Positions 1 through 9,473 of a stretch of DNA of 64,000 nucleotides are shown here, piece by piece. A model generated the notes under the pieces. The model saw only the letters and a list, made by a program, of their open reading frames with translations, made no database searches and had not been told where the DNA came from. Within the stretch, counting starts at the first letter, position 1. Each line of letters starts with the position of its first letter. A program made the position numbers and the translations under genes. Origin of the DNA: Actinomycetota bacterium. GTDB taxonomy: Bacteria; Actinomycetota; UBA4738. Where the stretch lies: contig JBEDUK010000013.1 of the NCBI GenBank assembly GCA_040414485.1, positions 10,570-74,569 on the forward strand. Reading direction: 5' to 3'.

Positions 1-1987
1 GCTTCGATTCGAGCTTGGTGTAGAGGATGTCGTCGGCCGTCGCGCTCGTGAGCGCCGTGGTGTCGACCGCCAGGCTGTCCAGGCCGAACTGACCGACGCA
101 CGCATCGAGCTGCTTGTACACGGCCGCCAGTCGCTCGAATCCGGATCGGTTCCCCGCGATCCCGAGCGGCAGCGCCGACGGATCCAGGACCTCAGACAGG
201 ACCCGCCCGTCCGAGACGTAATCGTCTGTCAGGCCGGTGAGGGCAAGGACGGTCGGCCTGATGTCTGTGTGGTCCGACCACACCTGGCCGTCGGCGCCGA
301 GGCTCTGGACACCCGGCCCCACCAGACCGAGCCAGGTCGTGGTGATGTCGGGATCCACGTCGCCGTGGTTCCACCCGAACTTCGGGTCCAGGGTTACGCA
401 TGGGTTGTTGCAGTTCGGCGCGCCGGTGAACAGGAAGTAGTTCTCGTTGCCGAACAGCGTGAGCGTCGGCGTTCGCTTCGGATCGCCGGTCACCATGTGG
501 AGGATCCGTTCCTCCACGGGATCGGCCATGTAATGGGTGATCGCGTCGATCTGGCCGGTGATCGGGTTCTTCGCCCACAGCAGGTTCAGGTTGCGTTCGA
601 ACGATCTGGTCGCCGGATCGTTCGGCGCCGGGTTGCCGGACACGTAGACCGTCGGCGCCGAGTCCGAGTGGACGGCGAACTGCGTGGTGTCGCCGGTCTC
701 GGTGGCGAGCAGGCCCGTCATCTGCCCGTCGACCTCGCCCTTCTGCGTGTACGTGCACGGCGTGTTGACGCCGTCGCACCCCGAAGGGCTCGCCGCGCCG
801 CCGACGAAGTGGTCGTTCTCGTCCGCGGTGATCACGAAGAGCGTGTTCGAGCTGTTGATCCCGTCGTTCGCCAGGCGAGTGAAGAACTCGCCGAAGGCGT
901 TGTCGTAGGAATGCAGGGCTGCCTCGTACCCGGCTTCGCCCGGACCGTAGTCCGGCCCGTTCGGGTGCGCGTCGTGGGCGTCGGAGATGTACGCGTAGGT
1001 GACCGGCACGCCGTGCTCCTGCATGGCGGCCACGTACGACAGCGACACCGACGCGCTCATCCCGTCGAACCCCGGGAAGCCGTCGTAGCCCTGCGGGTTC
1101 TGGATCACGTTGCCGTCGAGGTCCGTCATCGGCCCGCCGGGCGAGATCTGCGGCGCCACGTACGTGTTGCCGATCAGCGTCTGGTAGCCGGTGTAGCCGC
1201 CGGGCTCGTCGGGCAGCCGGTCGGCCACTCCGCCGTTCGCCGCGCCGCACAGCGACGCGCCGGCCGCGCAGTGCACGCCTATTCCGACGAAGTCGGCCGA
1301 CGCCTGGTCGGGGTTGTTGATCCGCTCCTGGTCCTGCGGGGACCCCGCGCCGAAGAAGTCCGGCACGTCCGGGTTCAGGTTCTCCAGGACGGTGTTCGCG
1401 AGCGCGACCTGCCCGACGTTGCAGCCCGCGCGCGTGAATGGAACCCACGGCGCCGGCGTGTTCAGGCCGTTCGGCGTGATCATGTTCGGCAGTGTGTCCG
1501 TCGGCGGGTTCGGAAACGCGGGGTCCGCCAGGGGGTCGGTCCAGTACGCGAAGGAAAGTCCCGTGTCCGTCTTGCCGTTCGGAAGCCAGTACCGGTAGCT
1601 GTTCGCGACGGGCACGCCGTGTCGGTCCCCGTACACGCCGGTGAGCGTGGTGAGGATGTCATTGCCCGTGTGCGAGATCAGCGGCGTGTGGTGGTTCGTC
1701 AGGAGCGTGCCGTTGCTCTCGAGGAAGTTCTGAAGATTCGGCATCTGCTCCAGGTCCGACGGCACGTTCGGGTTGTCGCGCGTGAGGTGCACGTTGTCGA
1801 ACTGGATCGAGATCACGTGCTGGATCGCGCCCGAGGGGGAATGCAGCGTGCACACCGGGTCGGCGTGCGCGGCGGTCGCGACGCCGGTGACAAGACCGGT
1901 CGACGCGACGACTGCGGCGGCCAGGGCGGCCACCGTCCCCCGGACGGTGCGAAGCGGTGCCCCGCGATCGCGGGCATGCCGTCTCAT
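1..1987 (-). CDS. secreted phosphoesterase family protein (phospholipase C / acid phosphatase-like), 5' complete, 3' truncated by window edge
   Basis: Own translation of minus frame from ATG at 1987 (MRRHARDRGAPLRTVRGTVAALAAAVVASTGLVTGVATAAHA signal peptide, ...LFVITADENDHFVGG... resembling phosphoesterase DENGGFFDH motif); GGGAGGTGG SD 4 nt upstream; absent from ORF track because it has no stop inside window. Confidence 0.6.
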   Translation of the reverse strand, partial: MRRHARDRGAPLRTVRGTVAALAAAVVASTGLVTGVATAAHADPVCTLHSPSGAIQHVISIQFDNVHLTRDNPNVPSDLEQMPNLQNFLESNGTLLTNHHTPLISHTGNDILTTLTGVYGDRHGVPVANSYRYWLPNGKTDTGLSFAYWTDPLADPAFPNPPTDTLPNMITPNGLNTPAPWVPFTRAGCNVGQVALANTVLENLNPDVPDFFGAGSPQDQERINNPDQASADFVGIGVHCAAGASLCGAANGGVADRLPDEPGGYTGYQTLIGNTYVAPQISPGGPMTDLDGNVIQNPQGYDGFPGFDGMSASVSLSYVAAMQEHGVPVTYAYISDAHDAHPNGPDYGPGEAGYEAALHSYDNAFGEFFTRLANDGINSSNTLFVITADENDHFVGGAASPSGCDGVNTPCTYTQKGEVDGQMTGLLATETGDTTQFAVHSDSAPTVYVSGNPAPNDPATRSFERNLNLLWAKNPITGQIDAITHYMADPVEERILHMVTGDPKRTPTLTLFGNENYFLFTGAPNCNNPCVTLDPKFGWNHGDVDPDITTTWLGLVGPGVQSLGADGQVWSDHTDIRPTVLALTGLTDDYVSDGRVLSEVLDPSALPLGIAGNRSGFERLAAVYKQLDACVGQFGLDSLAVDTTALTSATADDILYTKLESK

Positions 1988-2542
1988 GCGTCCACCTCCC
2001 GTGTTCCCATGGGCCCGGCGCGAGAACGGACCCGGTTCCGCCGGCATCTGCCGGAGCGCCCCGGACCGTAGGTGTGGAGGGTGGCGCGCTCCGGGCGGCG
2101 AGGTGTCCGCGACGCGGAGCCCCGGCGAACCTGGCGTGCCGGTCGGGCATCGGGCCGGTGGCCGCGACGCGACCGCAGGGCGACCGACGAATGACGGTCG
2201 GCCGAACGCCGCGCGGGCCGTCGGCGGCCGCCGCAGGCGCTGACATACGCTTGCTGACACGCGCCGGCCGAACGGGATTCGTCGTGCGGGCCCCGAACCG
2301 TCGACGCGGCGACGCCGAACGGTCCGCAGTTGCTCGTTGTCCTGGCAGTCGCGCGTCACCGATCCGACAGCGCTCCGCCACCGTGGCTTGCGAGGGTTGC
2401 GCCCTGTGATCCGTCCTCACCGTGGCCGGCGGGCCCTTCTCCGGCGGCGCCGGTGCGCGCGTTCGCGCGTGCCCGGCCCGCGCTTCGCCGGCTCCGTGAC
2501 GGCGGGTACGGGCTGCGGCAGCGCCTCGCCGGGCATAGGGTT

Positions 2543-2583
2543 GTTCACCGACGGGCAAATGTCCATTCACCCAACAGTCACAG
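2543..2583. promoter_or_regulatory. putative PHO box: GTTCACC (2543), ATTCACC (2565), GTCACAG (2577) direct repeats at 11/22-bp phasing, ~90-120 nt upstream of pstC
   Basis: direct-repeat units read from sequence; matches PhoP-type PHO box architecture of Streptomyces/Corynebacterium. Confidence 0.45.
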
Positions 2584-2662
2584 ACCGCCGACATGCTCCG
2601 GTGGTCTTGACGTCAGGTCGCGGCCGGAACGGTCGCGGCCGGAGCGCTCGCAGCGGGGGAAG

Positions 2663-3682
2663 ATGAGCACGATCTCTGCCGACGTGGCGCAGCCACCGGA
2701 CGGCGACAGCACGCCGGATGCGCCGCGAACCATTACCCATACCCGGACGGGGGTCGATCGAGCGTTCCGGCGGCTGGCCACCGGGGCCGGCCTCGCGACG
2801 TTCGTCATCCTCTTCCTGATCGGGCTGTTCCTGCTGATCAAGTCGTGGCCGGCGTTCCACACCATGGGCCTGAAGTTCTTCACGACCTCACGATGGGACC
2901 CGGAGGGATCGCACGTCTTCGGCATCGCGGCGATCCTGTACTGGACGTTCGTCATCGCCATCGTCGCGCTGGCGATCGCGGTGCCGCTGTCGATCGCGAC
3001 GGCGCTGTTCATCACCGAGTACGCGCCGCGCCGGCTCCGCCGATGGATGATCTCGCTGGTCGACCTGTTGGCGGCGATCCCGAGCATCATCTACGGCATC
3101 TGGGGCCTGGCCTTCCTGGAGCCGCGGCTGGTTGGCGTCTCGCGATTCATCTCGAAGAACTTCGGGTTCATCCCGATCTTCAAGGTCCCCGGATCGAACC
3201 TGAACCCCGGGGCCTTCGCGGCGTCGGCATTCGTGGCCGGTGTGATCGTCTCGCTGATGGTCCTGCCGATCTGCGCGTCGATCGTGCGCGAGGTGTTCTC
3301 ACAGACCCCGCCGGGTGAGAAGGAAGCCGCCTTCGCGCTCGGCGGCAGCCGGTGGGGCATGATTCGGAGCGTCGTGCTGCCGTTCGGCCGCGGCGGCATC
3401 ATCGGGGGCGCGATGCTCGGGCTCGGCCGGGCGCTCGGCGAGACGATCGCCGTGGCGCTGGTGATCTCCCCGATCTTCACGATCTCGATCCACGTCCTGG
3501 CGACGGGCGCGAACGGCGTGGCGCCTCTCATCGCATTGCGGTTCGGCGAGGCGACCCAGAAGTTCGGCATCCCGGCGCTGATGGCTGCCGGACTGACGTT
3601 GTTCGTCGTGACCCTCCTCGTGAACTTCGCGGCCTCCGCGATCGTGGCCCGCTCGCGGTCCGGCAAGGGGGTCGAGATCTAG
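2663..3682 (+). CDS. pstC: phosphate ABC transporter permease PstC
   Basis: MSTISADV...FITEYAPRRLRRWMISLVDLLAAIPSIIYGIWGL; ATG 2663 with GGGGGAAG SD; ORF 2330..3682 trimmed. Confidence 0.9.
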   Translation: MSTISADVAQPPDGDSTPDAPRTITHTRTGVDRAFRRLATGAGLATFVILFLIGLFLLIKSWPAFHTMGLKFFTTSRWDPEGSHVFGIAAILYWTFVIAIVALAIAVPLSIATALFITEYAPRRLRRWMISLVDLLAAIPSIIYGIWGLAFLEPRLVGVSRFISKNFGFIPIFKVPGSNLNPGAFAASAFVAGVIVSLMVLPICASIVREVFSQTPPGEKEAAFALGGSRWGMIRSVVLPFGRGGIIGGAMLGLGRALGETIAVALVISPIFTISIHVLATGANGVAPLIALRFGEATQKFGIPALMAAGLTLFVVTLLVNFAASAIVARSRSGKGVEI

Positions 3683-4870
3683 ATGGCGGTCACCGCGCCC
3701 CCCAGGTCGCCGGGCTCTGCCGAGGCGCCGCCTCCGGGCGCGGGGGTCTTCGGCGGTCCGGGCGGCGACACGCCGATCCGGCCGCGTTCGTTCAACGCGG
3801 TCGACGCCTGGGTCCTCGTCGCGTCGATCGGCTCGTCGTTCGCGTTGATATGGGTGATCTTCCGGCTGATGCCGATCTCCGGCGCTGTCGGGTTCCTGTT
3901 CTGGTGGTTCGTGTCGTTCGCGTTCATCTACTGGCTGGCGATGCTGCAACTCGAGGGGCCGCTGGTGGCCAAGGACCGCCTGATGGCCGTCCTGATCGTC
4001 ACGGGCACGGGCATCCTGATCGTGCCGCTGGTCTCGATCATCGTGTTCGTTACGGCGAAGGGCATCGCGTACATCCGGCCGCACGTGTTCGTTCAGACGA
4101 ACAACCTCTGCGGCCAGCTGGACGGCCCCACGTGCGGAGGCATCGCGCATGCCATCGTCGGCACGCTCGAACAGGTCGCCATCGCCATGGTCATCTCGGT
4201 GCCGCTGGCGGTGCTCTGCGCGGTCTATCTGAACGAGATCGGCGGACCACTGCGACGGCCGGTGAGGCTCTTCGTCGACGCGATGAGCGGCGTGCCTTCG
4301 ATCGTGGCCGGCCTGTTCATCTACGCCGTGGTGGTCGTGAGCCTGGGCTGGGGGTTCTCGGGCTTCGCGGCCGCGCTCGCCCTGTCGATCCTGATGCTCC
4401 CGACGGTGACGCGGACCTCGGAGGAGGTGCTGCGCCTGGTGCCGGACGGCCTGCGCGAAGGCTCGCTCGCCCTCGGCGGCTACGAATGGCGCACGGTGTG
4501 GAATGTGGTGCTTCCCACCGCTCGCAGCGGCCTGATCACCGCGGTGATCCTGGGCGTCGCGCGTGCGGTCGGTGAGACGGCGCCGGTCCTGCTCACCGCG
4601 TTCGGCGCCCAGGTCATGAACGGCAACCCGTTCCACGGCCCGCAGGAGTCGCTGCCCCTGTTCATCTGGACCTATGTCCGGTTCAATCCCGGCGAAGCGC
4701 CGTACCTGCGCGCGTGGATGGCCTCCTTCGTACTGATCGTCCTGGTGCTCGGCCTGTTCACGCTCGCGCGCGTCCTGGGGACGCGCACGTCGATCGAACG
4801 CAGGCAGAAGCGAGCCGCGAAGCGCGACGCCAAACGCGCCGCGGCCGAACCCGGAGGAGCGAGAGCGTGA
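3683..4870 (+). CDS. pstA: phosphate ABC transporter permease PstA
   Basis: ATG directly after pstC TAG; EAA-loop permease signature ([25 protein letters not shown]...). Confidence 0.9.
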   Translation: MAVTAPPRSPGSAEAPPPGAGVFGGPGGDTPIRPRSFNAVDAWVLVASIGSSFALIWVIFRLMPISGAVGFLFWWFVSFAFIYWLAMLQLEGPLVAKDRLMAVLIVTGTGILIVPLVSIIVFVTAKGIAYIRPHVFVQTNNLCGQLDGPTCGGIAHAIVGTLEQVAIAMVISVPLAVLCAVYLNEIGGPLRRPVRLFVDAMSGVPSIVAGLFIYAVVVVSLGWGFSGFAAALALSILMLPTVTRTSEEVLRLVPDGLREGSLALGGYEWRTVWNVVLPTARSGLITAVILGVARAVGETAPVLLTAFGAQVMNGNPFHGPQESLPLFIWTYVRFNPGEAPYLRAWMASFVLIVLVLGLFTLARVLGTRTSIERRQKRAAKRDAKRAAAEPGGARA

Positions 4871-5688
4871 CGACGACCGAACAGGACCTGAGCGCCGGCA
4901 TGAACGGCGGCCCTTCCGGCAGCGGCGGCATGCGCGCCGAACGGGTTTCGGCGTGGTTCGGCACGCACAAGGTGCTCGAGCAGGTGACCCTGGACATGCC
5001 GGCCGGGAAGGTGACGGCGCTGATCGGGCCTTCGGGGTGCGGCAAGTCCACCTTCATCAGGATCCTCAATCGCATGCACGAGCTGGTCCCCGGTGCGCAG
5101 CTCTCGGGCCAGGTGTTCCTCGACGGGACCGACATCTACTCCCCAGAGGTCCGCCCCATCGAGACGCGGCGGAAGGTGGGCATGGTCTTCCAGAAGCCCA
5201 ACCCGTTTCCGGCGATGAGCGTCTACGACAACGTCCTGTCGGGCCTGAAGCTCTCCGGGATGAAGCCGGCGAACCCTGATGCCCTGGTGGAGGACTCCCT
5301 CACCCGGGCCGGCCTGTGGCGGGAGGTCCGCAACCGCCTGGAGGATCCGGGCGGAGGCCTCTCCGGAGGCCAGCAGCAGCGCCTGTGCATCGCCAGGTCC
5401 CTCGCCGTGTCGCCGGAGGTCCTGCTCATGGACGAGCCCTGCTCGGCGCTGGACCCCTCCTCCACGAGGCGCATCGAGGAGACCATCGGCGAGATCGTCC
5501 ACGAGGTGACCGTGGTGATCGTGACCCACAACATGCAGCAGGCCCAGCGCATCTCCGACCTCTGCGCGTTCTTCAACGTTGACGAAGGCTCGCCGGGTGG
5601 GATCGTGGAGATCGGTCCCACCACGAAGATCTTCAACGACCCCGACGATCCCCGGACCGCGGACTACGTCCACGGCAGGTTCGGATAG
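4867..5688 (+). CDS. pstB: phosphate ABC transporter ATP-binding protein PstB
   Basis: GTG 4867 overlaps pstA stop (GTGA); Walker [24 protein letters not shown]-terminal ADYVHGRFG. Confidence 0.9.
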   Translation: MTTTEQDLSAGMNGGPSGSGGMRAERVSAWFGTHKVLEQVTLDMPAGKVTALIGPSGCGKSTFIRILNRMHELVPGAQLSGQVFLDGTDIYSPEVRPIETRRKVGMVFQKPNPFPAMSVYDNVLSGLKLSGMKPANPDALVEDSLTRAGLWREVRNRLEDPGGGLSGGQQQRLCIARSLAVSPEVLLMDEPCSALDPSSTRRIEETIGEIVHEVTVVIVTHNMQQAQRISDLCAFFNVDEGSPGGIVEIGPTTKIFNDPDDPRTADYVHGRFG

Positions 5689-5698
5689 GAAGGTCTCC

Positions 5699-7348
5699 AT
5701 GCTTCGAGGGAGAACGAACCGAACGACGCGAACCTCGCCAGTGCGCCACATCCTCCGCGCCGCCGCGGCGATGTGGTTCGCAGCGACATCGGCGCTCCTC
5801 ATGCTCCTGCTGATCCCGGCGTTGCCGGCATCCGCGTCGGGCCCGCCGGTGACCGGTGCCGGTTCGACCTGGGTCCAGATCGCGCTGGACCAGTGGCGCG
5901 CCGACTACGCGCACTTCGGCTACCAGATCAACTACTCGGGCGTGGGCTCGAGCGCGGGCCGGAACTTCTACATCATCAATCAGGTCGATTTCGCCGCGAC
6001 CGAGATCCCGTTCCAGCCCGACGAGGTCGCCCAGCTCCAAGCGGAGCACAAGACCTACCAGTACCTGCCCGACGTCGCCGGCGGAACCTCGCTGATGTAC
6101 AACCTGCACGACACCGCGGGCCGGCGCATCAGGAGCCTGAACATCGATTCGAACGCGGCCGCCCTGATCTTCACCGGCAAGATCAGCAGCTGGCAGGATC
6201 CGGCGATCACGCGTCTGAACCCGGGGCTCCACATCAGGGACACCCACATCACGCCGGTGATCCGGTCCGACGGCTCCGGCACCTCGGCGCAGTTCTCGCT
6301 GTACCTGCAGAACCAGCAGCAGAGCCTGTGGAACCAGTTCGTCCAGCAGTGGGGGTGCCAGGCACCCTGTTCGGTGTGGCCGAGCTTCAACGGCTCGGTC
6401 GGCGCCAATGGGAGCGACGGCGTGGCGAACTTCATCGCCAACGACACGCTCGGCCAGGGCGCGATCGGCTACGTCGAAGCGGGGTACGCCTACGGGCGGA
6501 ACTTCCCCGTGGGCAATCTGCACAATCGGAGCGGGCACTACGTCCAGCCGTCGTCGAACAACGTCGCGACGGCCCTCACGCACGCGACGCTGAACCACGA
6601 CCTGACGCAGAACCTGGTGGGCGTCTACAACGCGCCCGAGGCGAACTCGTATCCCATGTCCTCGTACTCGTACATGATCACGCCGACCGCCGAAGGGTTC
6701 GGATTCACGGCCGAGAAGGGCGCGGTCCTTTCGGGCTGGATCGTCTACATCGCGTGCAAGGGCCAGCAGAGCGCTGCCCCCCTCGGGTATTCGCCGCTGC
6801 CGAAGAACCTGATCCAGGCGGACTTCGACGCCGTGAACCGCATACCAGGGCATGTGAAGCCGCCGCCGATCGACTATCAGCACTGTCCGAATCCGAATCT
6901 GCCCCAGGGAAACGGCGGCAACAACGGGGGGAACAACGGGGGGAACAACGGCGGCAACGACGGGAACACTGGCAGCACCGGTGGCAGCACCGCCAGTACG
7001 GATCCCAGCTCGACGACGCCCGGCGCGACCGATCCCAGCCCGACGGCGGCACAGACCACGCCGCCGCCCGCGATCGGAGGGGTGGGCGGCAACCAGCCGC
7101 CATCCGGCGTCCAGGTCACCACGATGACCCAGGAGCAACAGCAGGCGGCGTACGCGGCTGCCCTGAAGAGCGCCTCCTACGCGCAGCCCGAGCCCATCCT
7201 TCCGCTGGTCGTGACCGCGCTCGGCGTGCTCGTGCTCGTATTCGCGCCGGTGTTGCTGCAGGTCAGGCGGCAGGCGCCGGCGCCGCGGTCGGCAACCGAC
7301 CGGCTGCGCCGGGATGAAGGGCGAGAGACGACGGACCATGGCGGATAA
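5699..7348 (+). CDS. PstS-like phosphate-binding protein with long low-complexity C-terminal extension (NGGNNGG repeats, S/T/P-rich) and C-terminal TM anchor
   Basis: ATG 5699 after GGAAGG SD; signal peptide ...ALPASA; IFTGKISSWQDPAITRLNPGLHIRDTHITPVIRSDGSGTS matches E. coli PstS core; hydrophobic LPLVVTALGVLVLVFAPVLL + RRQ tail. Confidence 0.8.
   Translation: MLRGRTNRTTRTSPVRHILRAAAAMWFAATSALLMLLLIPALPASASGPPVTGAGSTWVQIALDQWRADYAHFGYQINYSGVGSSAGRNFYIINQVDFAATEIPFQPDEVAQLQAEHKTYQYLPDVAGGTSLMYNLHDTAGRRIRSLNIDSNAAALIFTGKISSWQDPAITRLNPGLHIRDTHITPVIRSDGSGTSAQFSLYLQNQQQSLWNQFVQQWGCQAPCSVWPSFNGSVGANGSDGVANFIANDTLGQGAIGYVEAGYAYGRNFPVGNLHNRSGHYVQPSSNNVATALTHATLNHDLTQNLVGVYNAPEANSYPMSSYSYMITPTAEGFGFTAEKGAVLSGWIVYIACKGQQSAAPLGYSPLPKNLIQADFDAVNRIPGHVKPPPIDYQHCPNPNLPQGNGGNNGGNNGGNNGGNDGNTGSTGGSTASTDPSSTTPGATDPSPTAAQTTPPPAIGGVGGNQPPSGVQVTTMTQEQQQAAYAAALKSASYAQPEPILPLVVTALGVLVLVFAPVLLQVRRQAPAPRSATDRLRRDEGRETTDHGG
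6895..6965 (+). repeat. in-frame tandem nucleotide repeat encoding (NGGN)n inside PstS-like 1
   Basis: aacaacggggggaacaacggggggaacaacggcggcaac. Confidence 0.6.
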
Positions 7349-9473
7349 GCGGCGTGCTCCGGCAAAGCATCGCGCGCGCCGCCCGGCCCCGCGGCGCGGC
7401 CCCGCGCGGGTCGCCGCGTCGCTCCTGATCCCCATCGCCATCGGGATCCTCGGCGTCGTCGCCTCTCCGCTCGAGCTCGCGGCGCATGCCGACGGCCCGC
7501 AGATCAAGCTCGATCCGTCGAAAGACGTGACGTACGGGCAGTACATCCATGTGAGCCTGTCCGGGTACGCGCCCGGCATCGGCGTCGCGTTCCGCCAGTG
7601 CGTGAACGGCACACAGACGCCGGATCTGGACACGCAGTGCTCGCCGATCTACCCGGTGAGCACGGTCACCGACTCGTCCGGCAACGGTGACATCTATCTG
7701 AACGTGCTGCCGGACCCCGAGAACGCCCAGACCGGCCAGGGCAACCTCGTGTACGCGTCGAGCGCCGACACGTCGAAGGCCTGCGGTGACGGCAACCCGT
7801 GTTTTCCATGCGACCAGAACACCCCCTGCCAGATGGCCGCGTTCACTGATCCGCACGATGTCGGCACCGGCGTGTTCGCGAAGATGGAGTACGGTCCCTC
7901 GCCCACCGCATGCCCGGCGCCCGGACAGGATCAGGCGTTCGCCCACGGCTCCGGTTCGGCCTCCGCGTACCGAGCCCTCTACACGTGGGAAGGCATCGTG
8001 TGCCAGAACCCGAAGGACCTCTCGGTCCAGGTGGATCTCACGAACTCCTACGACGGGGTGCAGGCTTGGACGAACGGCATATCCGACTTCGCCGTCACGG
8101 GGCAGCCGCTGGATGCGGACCAGAAGGCGGCGCTGCACGCCGCGGGGAGGACGTGGGCGTACGCGCCGATCAGCGGCTCGGGTGTGGTCCTCGCCTACGA
8201 CATCTTCGACAAGCGCGGTCCGCAGATCACGAACCTGATCCTCACGCCGGACCTGATCGCGCAGCAGTTCACCAGCCAGATCCCGAACTGGAACTTCGTC
8301 GACGCGATCAACAAGCTGAACCCGGGGATCCAGTGGCCCTCCCGAATCGTCTCCTACGTCCGGGCCGAGCACTCCGCGGAGACGATGGCGTTCACCACGT
8401 GGCTCACCAATGTGGCGAGTGGCTCGCTCGGGGGCCTCAACCCGCCGTGGCCGGGCGCCACGAACGTGTTCCCGCAGTACGGGTTCGACGTCGGGGTTCA
8501 GGGGGCGAACAAGCTCGCGCTGGCCATCCGGAACCCGAACACCGACTTCAGCACCTACGGGAACATCGGGTTCATCGACTCGAGCATGGCGGCCTTCTAC
8601 GGCTTGCCGACGGTGAAGATCGAGCTCGCCCCGGGGGTCGACGTGCCGGCGACACCCGACACGATCCTCAAGGCGATCAACGACGCGCTCCCGCCGGATT
8701 CCAGCGGCGCCGTGAACTTCGCCTATGACGACGCCGATCACGGCGCCTGGCCGATCCCGCTGATCTCCTACATCCCGGCACCGACGAACAAGATCGACCA
8801 GTCGGTGGGAGCCGTGCTCCGGTCGTTCATCACCTTCGCGGTGGGTGACGGACAGGATGCGCTCCCGGGGTTCCTGAACTACGCGAAGTTGCCGGCGGTG
8901 CTCTCGGCCGAGGCGGTGGCGGCCGCGAATCGGATCCCGCATGTGCCGCATACGACCCCGCCGCACCACACGACCACGCCGCCCACGCATTACACGACGC
9001 CGCCCACGTACTACACGACGCCGCCCACGTACTACACGACCACGACGCCGCCGACGTTCACGACGGGCCCACCGCCGACGTTCCCGACCGGCTCGCCAAC
9101 CGCGACGACCACGTTGCCCTGCCCGGGGGCCACCCCGAGCGCGACCGGTTCCCCGGCCGCATCCGGATCGGTCCTGCCGACGACGCAGTCGCCCACGCCG
9201 TCGGTGTCGGCATCGGGTTCGTTCGGGCCCTCCGAATCCCCCTCGCCCACCGAGAGCCCCTGCCCGAGCGGACCGCCCGCGGGTGCCGTCGCGAGCGGTG
9301 GTCCGCTCTATCCTTCGGCGGCTCGGTTCGTCCTGCCCTCGATCGCCCTCCTCGGACTGGTCGGCCTCACGGCGGGGCCCATCCTTCAGCGGATGAGCGC
9401 ACACCGTCGGACAGGGCCCGCCGCGGCCGCTGCGACCGCCGCGGTCACTCCGGAACCGCCCGCGCCGGCGTGA
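7338..9473 (+). CDS. secreted two-part protein: Cys-containing N-terminal domain + PstS/PBP-like domain + TTPPTYY repeat linker + C-terminal TM anchor
   Basis: signal peptide ending AHA; AHGSGSASAYRALYTW and DLIAQQFTSQIPNWNFVDAINKLNPGIQWPSRIVSYVRAEHSAETMAFTTWL resemble PstS; 21-nt tandem repeats 8950-9060; hydrophobic C-terminus + HRR tail; start 7338 (alt 7314). Confidence 0.6.
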   Translation: MADKRRAPAKHRARRPAPRRGPARVAASLLIPIAIGILGVVASPLELAAHADGPQIKLDPSKDVTYGQYIHVSLSGYAPGIGVAFRQCVNGTQTPDLDTQCSPIYPVSTVTDSSGNGDIYLNVLPDPENAQTGQGNLVYASSADTSKACGDGNPCFPCDQNTPCQMAAFTDPHDVGTGVFAKMEYGPSPTACPAPGQDQAFAHGSGSASAYRALYTWEGIVCQNPKDLSVQVDLTNSYDGVQAWTNGISDFAVTGQPLDADQKAALHAAGRTWAYAPISGSGVVLAYDIFDKRGPQITNLILTPDLIAQQFTSQIPNWNFVDAINKLNPGIQWPSRIVSYVRAEHSAETMAFTTWLTNVASGSLGGLNPPWPGATNVFPQYGFDVGVQGANKLALAIRNPNTDFSTYGNIGFIDSSMAAFYGLPTVKIELAPGVDVPATPDTILKAINDALPPDSSGAVNFAYDDADHGAWPIPLISYIPAPTNKIDQSVGAVLRSFITFAVGDGQDALPGFLNYAKLPAVLSAEAVAAANRIPHVPHTTPPHHTTTPPTHYTTPPTYYTTPPTYYTTTTPPTFTTGPPPTFPTGSPTATTTLPCPGATPSATGSPAASGSVLPTTQSPTPSVSASGSFGPSESPSPTESPCPSGPPAGAVASGGPLYPSAARFVLPSIALLGLVGLTAGPILQRMSAHRRTGPAAAAATAAVTPEPPAPA
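8950..9060 (+). repeat. in-frame 21-nt tandem repeat (TACACGACGCCGCCCACGTAC-like) encoding TTPPTYY units
   Basis: read directly from sequence. Confidence 0.6.

Noticed and set aside
192-2071. Long ORFs 192..1448(-), 269..2071(+), 1659..2594(-) at the window start
   Set aside because: Translations are Arg/Gly/Pro-rich with no domain signal. The genuine gene is a third minus frame (phosphoesterase, ATG 1987) truncated by the window edge and therefore missing from the ORF track.
2221-2302. Partial motif matches GGCCGAACGCCGCG (2221) and GGCCGAACGGGAT (2289) upstream of first pstC
   Set aside because: Only 10-11 of 14 positions match and the second half-site is lost. Kept out of the motif set.
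3299-9404. ORFs 3299..4636(-), 3352..4575(+), 5633..7633(-), 5773..7317(+), 7263..9404(-), 7910..8728(+)
   Set aside because: Antisense or off-frame shadows of pstA, pstS-like 1 and 2. High-GC codon bias keeps these frames open; the products are low-complexity R/G/P/D strings.
5699-9473. Search for LPXTG/LAXTG sorting signals in the two anchored PstS-like proteins
   Set aside because: None present (only LPLVV / LPSIA within the hydrophobic segment), so they are not called sortase substrates.
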